Made by a program: the position numbers and the translations under genes. A stretch of DNA of 64,000 bases from Alphaproteobacteria bacterium (GTDB taxonomy: Bacteria; Pseudomonadota; Alphaproteobacteria; GCA-2731375). Below the pieces are notes generated by a model. It ran no database searches and was not told the DNA's origin. It saw only the letters and a list, made by a program, of their open reading frames with translations. Position 1 is the stretch's first letter. Every line of letters begins with the position of its first letter. The stretch is from positions 17,788 to 81,787 of the forward strand of contig CBDDBZ010000023.1 of the NCBI GenBank assembly GCA_965225945.1, given 5' to 3'. Shown piece by piece: positions 50,783-64,000 of the stretch.

Positions 50783-51088
50783 TCATTGTTTGACTTTCGC
50801 GTCAGACGCTCGGGCGGACTCCAGCCAATGCTCGTAGATTTCGATCTCGACCGCGTCGCGCGCATCGCCGTCCTCGGGCCACAGCTCCGAAGCCCTGAAT
50901 CGGACCCGGTAGAGGGGCTGCTTCGGCTCGCCGTCCCTGCCATAGGCGAGGCTCTCGGGATTGCGGAATTCGCCGCAGATCCGCTCGACGACGCCGGACT
51001 TGCCGCGACAATAGAAGGGCGTCCGGCAATGTCCCCGCGGACGGTCGGCGCGGACCCGGACGGCGGCGCCCGGCGCGAAGACGCTCAT
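50783..51088 (-). CDS. Nitrile hydratase beta C-terminal (SH3-like) subunit
   Basis: GHCRTPFYCRGKSG, NPE..AYG, LYRVRF..ELW, EIYEHWLE; ATGA overlap with the upstream gene. Confidence 0.9.
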   Translation of the reverse strand: MSVFAPGAAVRVRADRPRGHCRTPFYCRGKSGVVERICGEFRNPESLAYGRDGEPKQPLYRVRFRASELWPEDGDARDAVEIEIYEHWLESARASDAKVKQ

Positions 51089-51417
51089 GGCGCGGCCCCC
51101 CGCTCGGCCTTTAATTTGGCGACGCGGGCGTCGAGCTCGTCCCGCCCGACGATCCCCTTCTCGACCATCAGCAGGCTGATCGCCTGGGTCCAGCGCTCGT
51201 AGTAGGAGAGCGAGTCGTAGGCCTCCGGACCCAGGGACTCGATGGTGCGCCGCAACTCGTCGACCCGCATCAGGCGATGGTCGGCATCGCTCAGCAGCAC
51301 CATCATCGCGTCGATGCGCTTCTCCCAGAGTTGGTGGATATGCTCCCCCCGCTCGACCGCGCCAGCGGCATCGCCCCCCATGTCGTGATAGCCGCGATTG
51401 GCTCCCTCGTCGCTCAT
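51085..51417 (-). CDS. Nitrile hydratase beta N-terminal subunit
   Basis: YHDMGG, WEKRIDAM, VDELRRTIE, SYYERW, VEKG. Confidence 0.9.
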   Translation of the reverse strand: MSDEGANRGYHDMGGDAAGAVERGEHIHQLWEKRIDAMMVLLSDADHRLMRVDELRRTIESLGPEAYDSLSYYERWTQAISLLMVEKGIVGRDELDARVAKLKAERGAAP

Positions 51418-51552
51418 CCCCAGACCTCGTCATTCCGCTCGCGTCCCAGTATCGCTCGCGGGCGCCGCTCGGTTCAACCTCCGTTCGACCTCGCCGTCGC
51501 CGCCGCAATGGTGCAAGATGGCGCCGTGGCCGGCGAGGGGAGGAGAGCAGGC

Positions 51553-52329
51553 ATGACCGCCAGGACGTTCCGCGATCTGATAAGCAACCGGGAGCTGAAG
51601 TTGGGCACCGGCATTCTGGAGTTCGACTCGCCGGGCATCGGCCAGATCGCCAAGGCCGGCGGGGCTGAATTCGCCTTCGTCGACCTGGAGCATTCCGGTT
51701 TCGGCATCGATACCCTGAAACGGATCCTGCGCTACCTGCAGGCGGCCGAGCTGCCGGCGATGGTGCGCCCGCCCTCCAACCAGGTACACCACATCGCCAC
51801 CGCGCTCGACGCCGGTGGCGAAGCGTTGCTCTTGCGGATGGTGAGCAGCGCCGCCGAGGCGGCGGAGATCGTGCGCCAGATGAAATATCCACCGGCCGGC
51901 GTCCGCGGCGTGGCGCTCGCCGTCGCCCACGACCGATACCGACCCGGCCCGACCAAGGAGAAGCTGGAAGAGGCCAACGCCAAGACCGTTTGCATTCCGC
52001 TGATCGAGACCCGGGGCGGGATCGAGGAGATCGAGCAAATCGCCGCCCTCGACGGGGTCGACGCCCTCTTCATCGGACACTTCGACCTTTCCTGCAGCCT
52101 CGGTATCGCGGGAGAGTTCGACAACCCCGTGTTCACCGACGCGATCGCCCGAGTCCTGGCGGCGGCTCAGGCCAACGCCATCAGCGCCGGGCGCATGGTG
52201 TCGACGGCGGAGGAGGCGGTGATGCTGCGCGAGCAGGGCTTCGACCTCATTTGCTATTCGGCCGACGTCTTCCTGTTGCGCGAGGCGATCCAACAGGGGA
52301 TCGACGCGATCCGCGCACGGGTGTCGTGA
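51553..52329 (+). CDS. HpcH/HpaI aldolase family protein
   Basis: FVDLEH, MVRP, YPPAGVRG, LIET, FIGHFDLS.SLG; AGGAG RBS. Confidence 0.92.
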   Translation: MTARTFRDLISNRELKLGTGILEFDSPGIGQIAKAGGAEFAFVDLEHSGFGIDTLKRILRYLQAAELPAMVRPPSNQVHHIATALDAGGEALLLRMVSSAAEAAEIVRQMKYPPAGVRGVALAVAHDRYRPGPTKEKLEEANAKTVCIPLIETRGGIEEIEQIAALDGVDALFIGHFDLSCSLGIAGEFDNPVFTDAIARVLAAAQANAISAGRMVSTAEEAVMLREQGFDLICYSADVFLLREAIQQGIDAIRARVS

Positions 52330-52330
52330 G

Positions 52331-53380
52331 GTGGCGGGAAGCAGGCCCAAGTTCCAGATCGGGTTGCCGAGCCGGCTGCGTCAGGCCGACGGCGGTACGG
52401 CCTTTCCGGGCTACGACGTGGCGGCGCTGGCCGACGAGGGGCTGGCGGAGTTCCGCGACTTCACCTCCAAGGCGGTGCTCGAGGCGGCGGATCTCGGCGG
52501 CCTCGACGGCGTGGTGCTGCTGGGCGAGCGGCTGGGCGCGGAGGTCGTTGGCGCGAACGACTGGCTGGTCCACGTCGCCCGCATGGGGGTCGGCTTCGAT
52601 ACCGTCGACGTCGCGGCCTGCACGGCGCACGACGTGGTGGTGACGACGACGCCGGATGCGGTCCGCCGGCCGATGGCGGTGGCGACCATCACCCTGCTGC
52701 TGGCGCTCGCCACCCGGCTCTTCGCCAAGGACCGGATCACCCGGGAGGGGCCGGAAGGCTGGGCCAAGCGCATGGAAGAGAACGGCGTCGGCCTGATCGG
52801 CCGTACGCTCGGCGTCGTCGGCATGGGCAACATCGGCCGCGAGGTCTTTCGGCTCGCGGCACCTTTCGGCCTGCGCCACGTCGCCCACGATCCCGACCTC
52901 GACGAGCGGGAAGCGGCCGCGCTCGGGGTCGAGGCTTTGCCGCTGGAGGAGGTGTTCCGCCAGGCCGACTTTCTGAGCCTGAATTGTCCGCTGAACGCCT
53001 CGACGCGCCATCTCGCCAATGCCGAGCGGCTGGCCTCGATGAAGCCGACGGCCTATCTGATCAACACCTCGCGCGGGCCGGTGGTCGACCAGGCGGCGCT
53101 ACACGCGGCGCTGGTGGAGGGGCGAATCGCCGGTGCCGGGCTCGACGTCATGGACCCGGAGCCGTCGGCCGCCGACGAGCCGCTGCACGCCCTCGACAGC
53201 GTGATCCTGGCACCGCACGCGCTGGGCTATTCCGATCAGCTCTGGGCCTCGATGGCGGCGATCAACATGGCCGACTTCCGCGCCGTGATGGCCGGCCGGG
53301 CTCCCGGAAATGTGGTCGACCGCGAGGTGCTGGAGCGCCCCGGTTTCCGAGCCAAGCTCGCGCGCCTCGCCGCCGGCTGA
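52331..53380 (+). CDS. D-isomer-specific 2-hydroxyacid dehydrogenase
   Basis: GVGFDTVD, GVVGMGNIG, LINTSRGPVVD, GAGLDV..EP, APH. Confidence 0.93.
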   Translation: MAGSRPKFQIGLPSRLRQADGGTAFPGYDVAALADEGLAEFRDFTSKAVLEAADLGGLDGVVLLGERLGAEVVGANDWLVHVARMGVGFDTVDVAACTAHDVVVTTTPDAVRRPMAVATITLLLALATRLFAKDRITREGPEGWAKRMEENGVGLIGRTLGVVGMGNIGREVFRLAAPFGLRHVAHDPDLDEREAAALGVEALPLEEVFRQADFLSLNCPLNASTRHLANAERLASMKPTAYLINTSRGPVVDQAALHAALVEGRIAGAGLDVMDPEPSAADEPLHALDSVILAPHALGYSDQLWASMAAINMADFRAVMAGRAPGNVVDREVLERPGFRAKLARLAAG

Positions 53381-53410
53381 CAGCAAAGGGCACCGGCCTC
53401 AATTCGTGTT

Positions 53411-54910
53411 CTACTCCGAGGCGAGGCGGACGGGAATGTCGGTGGCGGCGGCGTAACGGTCGTCGAGCTCGCGCTGCGCGGCGAGGAAGCGCCGTTTCTC
53501 CTTGCCCTTCAACTTGCGGCCGCTCGGCAGCTTGAGGCCGAGCGGATTGATCCGCCGGCTAGCGCGCAGCACCTCGTAGTGGAGATGCGGGCCGGTCGAG
53601 CGGCCGGTCGAGCCGACATAGCCGATGGTCTGGCCTTGGCGCACCCGGCGCCCGATGCTGATGCCCCGGGCGATGCCTCGGAGGTGCGCGTAGGCGGTGT
53701 CGAATTCCGAGTTGTGACGGATCCGGATGTATTTGCCGTAGGCGCCCTTGCGCCCGACGAATTCGATTTTGCCCTTGCCGGCGGCGACCACGGGCGTGCC
53801 GCGGGGCGCGGCGAAATCGACGCCACGATGCATCTTGGTGTAGTTCAGGATCGGATGGCGGCGGCGGCCGAAACGGGACGAGAGCCGGGCCCCGTCCACC
53901 GGCGTCTTCAGCAGCGCCTTGCGCACGCTCTCGCCCTTGTCGTTGAAATATTCGATCTCGCCCTCGCCCACCTCGAAGCGGTAGAGCGGCAGCGGCCCGC
54001 CGCCGACATGCAGCTCGGCGAAGAGAATGTCGCCGGTCTTGACGATCTCGCCGGAGGCATCGCGGAACACCTCGTAGAGCAGCGAGAAGCCATCGCCGGG
54101 CTGGATGTCGCGCTGGAAGTCGATGTCGAAGCTGAAGAGCTTGATCATCGCGATGGTGACGCTCGCCGGCACGCCCCGGGCGTCGGCGGCGCGGAACAGG
54201 CTGTCCGCGATAGTGCCGTGCACGGCCTCGGCATCCGCCGTCAGAGGGTGGCGGATCGCCTCGCTCGCGAATGCCCCGTCCCCTTGCCGCCGCGCCACCA
54301 CCGAACGCTCCACGTCGGCGTCGAGGCGGACGTTGGCCAGCTTCGGCAGGCCGAGGTCGTCCCGGTCGAAGACCAGCGTGACTTGCTGGCCCGGGCGCAG
54401 GCGGCGCGGATCGTGCACCTCGCCGATCGCGACGGCTGCCCGGTGCGCCACCCGGCGGTCGACGCCTTCGCGAAGCAACAACCCGACCAGCGTGTCGCCC
54501 CGACCGATCGCCACTTTCTTGCTGTCGGTGGTGTGGCTCGGCGCGAACTCCGGCGCCGGGGCGGCGCGGCGCGCCAGCAGGATCGGATCCTTGTCCTCGC
54601 CGCCCTCGACGGCCACGCGGTCCTCGGCCACTTTCTCGCCGCGCGTGGACCCCAGCGGCACCACAAAGGGCTTCGCTGTCGGCAGCGGTGGACGGACGGC
54701 GGCATTCGGAACCGGCTTTGCCGTCGGCACCGGCGGGTGGACCAGCGGCGCCGCCCAGGCGCCGCCGTCGCGCCCGGGGCCGAGCATATCGATCGCCAGC
54801 AAGCCGCCGCCGACCGCGCCGATCGCCAGCGCCGCCAGCGAGACGCGCCCGATCCCAGGGAAGACCGAATGCTCGAGGAAGGACCGCAATGAAACGCCAG
54901 CGAACCGCAT
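53411..54910 (-). CDS. M23 family peptidoglycan DD-endopeptidase (MepM-like)
   Basis: GDTL, DIDFQRDIQPGD, HRGVDFAAPRGTP, YAHL, GSTGRSTGPHLHYE. Confidence 0.93.
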   Translation of the reverse strand: MRFAGVSLRSFLEHSVFPGIGRVSLAALAIGAVGGGLLAIDMLGPGRDGGAWAAPLVHPPVPTAKPVPNAAVRPPLPTAKPFVVPLGSTRGEKVAEDRVAVEGGEDKDPILLARRAAPAPEFAPSHTTDSKKVAIGRGDTLVGLLLREGVDRRVAHRAAVAIGEVHDPRRLRPGQQVTLVFDRDDLGLPKLANVRLDADVERSVVARRQGDGAFASEAIRHPLTADAEAVHGTIADSLFRAADARGVPASVTIAMIKLFSFDIDFQRDIQPGDGFSLLYEVFRDASGEIVKTGDILFAELHVGGGPLPLYRFEVGEGEIEYFNDKGESVRKALLKTPVDGARLSSRFGRRRHPILNYTKMHRGVDFAAPRGTPVVAAGKGKIEFVGRKGAYGKYIRIRHNSEFDTAYAHLRGIARGISIGRRVRQGQTIGYVGSTGRSTGPHLHYEVLRASRRINPLGLKLPSGRKLKGKEKRRFLAAQRELDDRYAAATDIPVRLASE

Positions 54911-55185
54911 GAAGCCCCTCAACTTTACGCTTTACTTTACTGGGGGAATTCGTGCCCCGACCCGACAAATCGGTGAAACGATGCCGCGAACGGCGATTGG
55001 TGTCAAGAATTAACCATAACCGATCCCTAAGATCCCGAGCCGGAGACTTGCCGAAACGGCCACGCAACCGAAGATCGCGCCACCATCACAGGAGAGTTCT
55101 ACGATGGCCTCGGCTGTTCCGGATAATAGGGCGAGCGGCGTATTTTGTAGCAACCAGCCCAACTCGCGGCTCTCCGCTGGGGCGG

Positions 55186-55632
55186 TTAGGGCTGTTTGAT
55201 CGCACCGTGGCTGTCGGAAATGCATTTTCCGTGATCCGCGAGGACTTCGATCACCCGGCAGTCGGCGATAAGCTCGCCGCGACACTGCGAGAGCATGCGT
55301 TCGAGTTCCAGCTCGAGCGACGCCAAGCGAGCGATCCGGCTTCGCACCTGCTCCAACTGTACGCTGGCAATGAGATCCGCCGCCTCGCATGAGCGCTCCG
55401 GGTCGTCCGCCAGGCTCAGGAGCTGGCGTATCGCTTCGAGCGAAAAGCCGAGTTCGCGGCTGTGGCGGATGAAGCTCAGCCGCTCCGCGTCGCGAGGCCC
55501 GTAGCGGCGTTGGTTGCCCGCCGTGCGTGGCGGCCTCGCCAGCAGGCCGATTTCCTCGTAGTAGCGGATGGTTTGCGGCTTGGCGCCCGTCTCCCGGGCA
55601 AGTTGGCCGATCGTCAGACTGTGTTCGAGCAT
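55186..55632 (-). CDS. MerR-family metal-responsive regulator (CadR/PbrR/ZntR-like)
   Basis: IGQLA..TIRYYE.IGLL, RELGFSL, SC, QC....ADC. Confidence 0.92.
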   Translation of the reverse strand: MLEHSLTIGQLARETGAKPQTIRYYEEIGLLARPPRTAGNQRRYGPRDAERLSFIRHSRELGFSLEAIRQLLSLADDPERSCEAADLIASVQLEQVRSRIARLASLELELERMLSQCRGELIADCRVIEVLADHGKCISDSHGAIKQP

Positions 55633-55643
55633 GGAAATATTCC

Positions 55644-55674
55644 TTGAACCTACAGTCGTTGTAGCCCTTAGGAT
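55644..55674 (+). promoter_or_regulatory. MerR-type promoter/operator for the P1B-ATPase
   Basis: -35 TTGAAC (55644-49), 19-bp spacer containing the dyad CTACA-N5-TGTAG, -10 TAGGAT (55669-74). Confidence 0.85.
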
Positions 55675-55781
55675 CGAGACATAGCACCGTCGGCGGGCGA
55701 CCTCAAACTCAGGCCCTCGGTCCCTTGCTCGGCACGTCGAGCCGGGGAGGATGCCTGTCGAAGGGATCGGAGGAAAGCGCC

Positions 55782-58076
55782 ATGGCCGAGCCGCACACGC
55801 ACGGACACGGTCACCATCATGGGCATATCCACCAGCATCACGATGCGACCCTGAACGACGAGGTCGATTCGTCTCGGGACGGCCGCTATCGGCATGTCTT
55901 CAAGGTCCGCGGCCTGGACTGCGTCGACGAGGTCGCGGCTCTCAGGCGCGAGGTCGGGCCCGTCGTCGGGGGCGACGATCATCTGGCCTTCGACGTCCTG
56001 AACGGTCGGATGATGGTTCGCGTGGACGCAAAAGCGGTGACGATGGAGGAGATTTGGCGCGCGGTCGGGCGGACCGGAATGACCGCGAGCGAATGGCGCC
56101 CGGACGATCGCGCGGACAAGCGGGCGGAAGTGCGCCATCGCCGTCTCCAGGTCGCCCTGGTGGTGGCGAGCGGGATCGCGGTGGCACTTGGATTCGCCCT
56201 GCATCTTTGGTCGGCCGGTGGCTTCGGTGAAGCCTTCCGACTGCTTGCCGGACATGCGGGGCAAGCGACACCTTTGCCGGAAATGCTCGCCTACGGCTCT
56301 GCCATCGTCTTGGGCGCTCGCCAGGTGGTGGTCAAGGCCTGGTATGCGGCGCGAGCTCTCAGGCCGGACATCCATCTTCTGATGGTGATCGCGGTCGTCG
56401 GCGCCATCGCCATCGGCGAATGGTTCGAGGCCGCGACGGTGACCTTTCTCTTCACGCTCTCGCTCGTGCTGGAGGGCTGGAGCGTCGGCAAGGCGCGTCG
56501 CGCCATCGCCTCGCTGTTGGATCTGGCGCCACCGATGGTGCGGCTGAAGGTCGAGGCTGGCGGGGAGAGCGAGGTGCCGGCTGGGGACGTCCCCGTCGGC
56601 AGCCTTTTCGTCGTCCGGCCCGGCGACCGCGTGCCCCTCGACGGCCGTGTCTCGGCCGGTGCCAGCACCATCGACCAAGCCCCGATCACCGGCGAGAGCG
56701 TGCCGGTCGCGAAGGAGATCGGCGCGGAGGTCTTCGCCGGAACGATCAACGGCGACGGCGCGCTGGAGGTCGAGAGCACGCGGGCCGCGAACGACACCGC
56801 GCTCGCGCGCATCATCCGCCTGGTCGAGGAGGCGCGCGGCCGGCGCGCCCGGTCCGAGCAATGGGTGGAGCGATTTGCGCGGATTTACACCCCGGCGGTG
56901 ATCGTCTTGGCGGTCGCGGTCTTTCTGTTGCCGCCGCTGACCTTGGATGCCGCCTGGCAGGATTGGTTCTATCGGGCGCTGGTGCTCCTGGTCATCGCCT
57001 GCCCCTGTGCCCTGGTGATTTCGACCCCGGTCGCCATCGTATCGGCCCTGGCCCAGGCGGCCCGCCAAGGCGTCCTGGTCAAGGGCGGCAGCTATATCGA
57101 GCAGCCGGCGCGGCTGAAGGCGCTCGCCTTCGACAAGACCGGGACGTTGAGCCGGGGCGAGCCGGCCGTGGTCGCCGTCGTGCCCCTGAACGGCCATGGC
57201 GAAGCCGAGCTGCTGGAGCGGGCGGTGGCCTTGGAGGCGCGCAGCACGCATCCGTTGGCCGGCGCGATTCAAGCCTTCGCCCGGCGCCGGGGGATCGATG
57301 TCGCGCCGGCCGAGAACCTCCAAGTCTTTCCCGGCAAGGGGGTCGCCGGCCGCTTCCGGGGCCCGGCGTTCTGGCTCGGCTCGCACCGCTATCTGGTGGA
57401 GCGCGGCCAGGAGACCGTCGAGGTGGCGGCGGTGGCGCAAGACTTGGAGCGCCAAGGGCGAACCGTGGTCGTGATCGGCAACGACAGCCACGTCTGCGGC
57501 CTGCTCGCGATCGCCGACGCCGTGCGCCCGGAAGCGCGCGCCGTCGTCGCGGCGCTCAGGGCCAGGGGCATCGAGCATTTGATCATGCTGACCGGCGACA
57601 ATTGGGCGACCGCCGAGGCCATCGCGGCGGAGCTCGGCCTCGACGAGGTCCATGCCGAGTTGCTGCCGGAGGACAAGGTCGCGGCGGTCAAACGCCTGGT
57701 CGACAAGTACGGAACCGTGGCGATGGTCGGCGACGGCGTGAACGACGCGCCCGCGATGGCGCGGGCCAGTTTCGGCATCGCCATGGGCGCCATCGGCTCC
57801 GACGCGGCCATCGAGACGGCGGACATCGCCTTGATGACGGACGATCTGACGCGCCTGCCCTGGCTGCTGGACCACTCCAGGCGGAGCCTCGCGATCATCC
57901 GCCAGAACATCTGGTTTTCCCTCGCCATCAAGGCCGCCTTCGTGCTCCTTGTCTTCGCCGGCTTCGCCACCTTGTGGGGGGCGATCGCCGCCGATGTGGG
58001 TGCCTCCCTCCTGGTCGTGGCGAACGCGCTCCGGCTGTTGCGCGCGAAAGCCGGCGAGCTCACCCATGGTGAGTGA
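55782..58076 (+). CDS. Heavy-metal-translocating P1B-type ATPase (Zn/Cd/Pb type)
   Basis: His-rich N-terminus, GLDCVDE, TGES, CPC, DKTGT, HP, TGDN, GDGVNDAP, TM K and ADVG. Confidence 0.95.
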   Translation: MAEPHTHGHGHHHGHIHQHHDATLNDEVDSSRDGRYRHVFKVRGLDCVDEVAALRREVGPVVGGDDHLAFDVLNGRMMVRVDAKAVTMEEIWRAVGRTGMTASEWRPDDRADKRAEVRHRRLQVALVVASGIAVALGFALHLWSAGGFGEAFRLLAGHAGQATPLPEMLAYGSAIVLGARQVVVKAWYAARALRPDIHLLMVIAVVGAIAIGEWFEAATVTFLFTLSLVLEGWSVGKARRAIASLLDLAPPMVRLKVEAGGESEVPAGDVPVGSLFVVRPGDRVPLDGRVSAGASTIDQAPITGESVPVAKEIGAEVFAGTINGDGALEVESTRAANDTALARIIRLVEEARGRRARSEQWVERFARIYTPAVIVLAVAVFLLPPLTLDAAWQDWFYRALVLLVIACPCALVISTPVAIVSALAQAARQGVLVKGGSYIEQPARLKALAFDKTGTLSRGEPAVVAVVPLNGHGEAELLERAVALEARSTHPLAGAIQAFARRRGIDVAPAENLQVFPGKGVAGRFRGPAFWLGSHRYLVERGQETVEVAAVAQDLERQGRTVVVIGNDSHVCGLLAIADAVRPEARAVVAALRARGIEHLIMLTGDNWATAEAIAAELGLDEVHAELLPEDKVAAVKRLVDKYGTVAMVGDGVNDAPAMARASFGIAMGAIGSDAAIETADIALMTDDLTRLPWLLDHSRRSLAIIRQNIWFSLAIKAAFVLLVFAGFATLWGAIAADVGASLLVVANALRLLRAKAGELTHGE

Positions 58077-58209
58077 TGGCGATGAGCATGAAATTCGGCC
58101 GTCCGGCCGGTCCGGGGGGCTTCGCGCCGTCGCCGCGGGGTGGCCTCCGGGGGCTGTCCCGGGGCACCGGAGAGCTTGCGAGCGCTGTCGAAATTTTGTC
58201 ACTAAAGCG

Positions 58210-58238
58210 TTGACTTGGCTCCGACCCATGGCTATATA
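58210..58238 (+). promoter_or_regulatory. rRNA operon sigma70 promoter
   Basis: TTGACT-N17-TATATA. Confidence 0.75.
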
Positions 58239-58332
58239 GGTGCCCGCTGGGTCGCCGAAGGGTGTTCCCGACAGAGTGTTTGTCGCTTGGCGCCAGCGAG
58301 TGCCAGGGGACGGGCCGTGCTAATTGACTTAA

Positions 58333-58360
58333 GCGTTCTTTGACGCTGCGTTCTTTGACA
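58333..58360 (+). promoter_or_regulatory. Tandem boxA-like antitermination sites in the rrn leader
   Basis: gcgttctttgac at 58333-44 and 58348-59; a similar atctttgac occurs before the 23S at ~60607. Confidence 0.6.
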
Positions 58361-58552
58361 TTGTGATTCGAGGAAGGGAAGCGTGGGCGGCGGCGCATGG
58401 CGTTGCTTGGCCGACGCGACCCGATCACCGACAAACGAGGCGACGGCTCCGCCGGAACTTCGTCGCTCGGTGATCAAGTTGAATAGCCAAGTGCGCGTTC
58501 CTGTTCGCGTCCGTGGCCGGCTTCGGTCGGGCGCGGGGGCGACGAGGACCAT

Positions 58553-60059
<1,507 letters not shown>

Positions 60060-60276
60060 TTTCGAGTTCGCGGCGGACGGCGCTCCGGCGTCGCGGGACG
60101 CGGCTCGAAATGCTTGGACAACAGGTCGACGACATCGTCGCGGGCTCGCTCGCGATGGCGTCGATCGGCATTTCGATGGCGCCGCCGCCTTCGCCTCTCT
60201 TCCTCGGGGTTTTCGGATGGCAGAGGGCAGATGTCGACCCTGCATGCGGGCGCGACGTCTGCCCTCTGGCATCCTT

Positions 60277-60353
<77 letters not shown>

Positions 60354-60430
60354 TCGGGTTTGGCGTCGCCGCATGGAAGTCGCCGATTTCGATCGGGACC
60401 GCCTCGGGCGGGACGAGCACCGCCGCCATC

Positions 60431-60506
60431 GGGGCTGTAGCTCAGTCGGGAGAGCGCCTGCTTTGCAAGCAGGAGGTCATCGGTTCGATTCCGTTCAGCT
60501 CCACCA
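60431..60506 (+). tRNA. tRNA-Ala (TGC)
   Basis: ggggctgtagctcag...tt tgc aa...gttcgat...ctccacca. Confidence 0.98.
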
Positions 60507-60807
60507 CTCAGGCCGAGCGACGGGCCCGGAAGTCCCAATTGTTATTTGGTGGAGTCCGCCAACGAGGGACGCGAATGCGTCGTCTCCAGGCCCGGCTCGG
60601 CCCGAGATCTTTGACATCGTGAAGAGATTGTTCGAATGCGGTCGTGCCGCGCGGCGGGAAACCTCCGTGCCGTCATGGCCGCTTCGTGAACGCGAGTAGA
60701 ATGTCTTCACGCGAGCATGATGTCGAATGCGTTGCGGCGAGTAGCCACGCCCTCGGGCGTGTTTGTTCTCCGCGCATGCGACGGGATCGTGTTCGGTTGA
60801 GGCTTCA

Positions 60808-63571
<2,764 letters not shown>

Positions 63572-63746
63572 CAAGTCCGACCGAATGCGCCCCGTCCATG
63601 CGTGGTGAACAGACACGCGCCGACGGCACCGTCTCGGGTGAAGACATTTGCTTCGCGTTCACATCGATCCTGTCCGGCGACGGGCCCTTCCCTGCCTTAT
63701 CGGCGTGGGCGGGGCGCGCCTCGTCGCGCGGTTGTCGCGTTTTGCC

Positions 63747-63865
63747 GGCCTGGTGGTTATGGCGAGGGGCCCGCACCCGATCCCATCCCGAACTCGGCCG
63801 TGAAAACCCTCAGCGCCGATGGTACTGCGTCTTAAGGCGTGGGAGAGTAGGTCGCCGCCAGGCCT
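63747..63865 (+). rRNA. rrf: 5S rRNA
   Basis: cctggtgg...cccatcccgaactcgg...gccgatggtac...gagagtaggtcgccgccagg. Confidence 0.97.
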
Positions 63866-64000
63866 GCAAAACGCGATTATACGGGCACCGCGGTGAGCGG
63901 TGCGCGGCATCGAACAATCTCTTTACCCGACGAGCGGCCGGATCCGGCCGAGGTGGCGGGCCGCTCGGCATCGGCGCCGGCGGCACGGATCACGCCGGAG

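Noticed and set aside
33039-58229. Long antisense or alternate-frame ORFs (e.g. 33039-35573, 43352-45640, 55668-58229)
   Set aside because: Arg/Pro/Gly-rich shadows of well-supported genes, expected at this GC content; no motifs

Overview
High-GC alphaproteobacterial (Rhodospirillales-like, judged from the 16S and gene synteny) chromosomal segment. It holds intact housekeeping genes (rpe, rsmB, NAD kinase, moaA, uvrD, prmA, Xaa-Pro aminopeptidase), many catabolic enzymes, a three-subunit Co-type nitrile/thiocyanate hydratase operon, a MerR + P1B-ATPase metal module with a clear 19-bp-spacer promoter, and a full 16S-tRNAIle-tRNAAla-23S-5S operon. Three IS copies are present: two near-identical IS1595 in opposite orientation, each with an 8-bp TSD inside a gene, and one IS630 with TA duplication. 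The most unusual region is a ~13-kb putative protein-glycosylation/modified-sugar locus (6236-19179) in which 6 of 8 genes are broken. One of them, a sugar C-methyltransferase, carries a ~1.4-kb 32/27-bp tandem array built from its own coding sequence, preceded by a duplicated segment interleaved with repeat pieces, which may be partly an assembly artefact. About a dozen accessory genes are disrupted and short 5' gene stubs occur while core genes are intact. This suggests ongoing genome decay, but sequencing error cannot be excluded without reads. All product calls come from motif recognition by eye; no searches were run.
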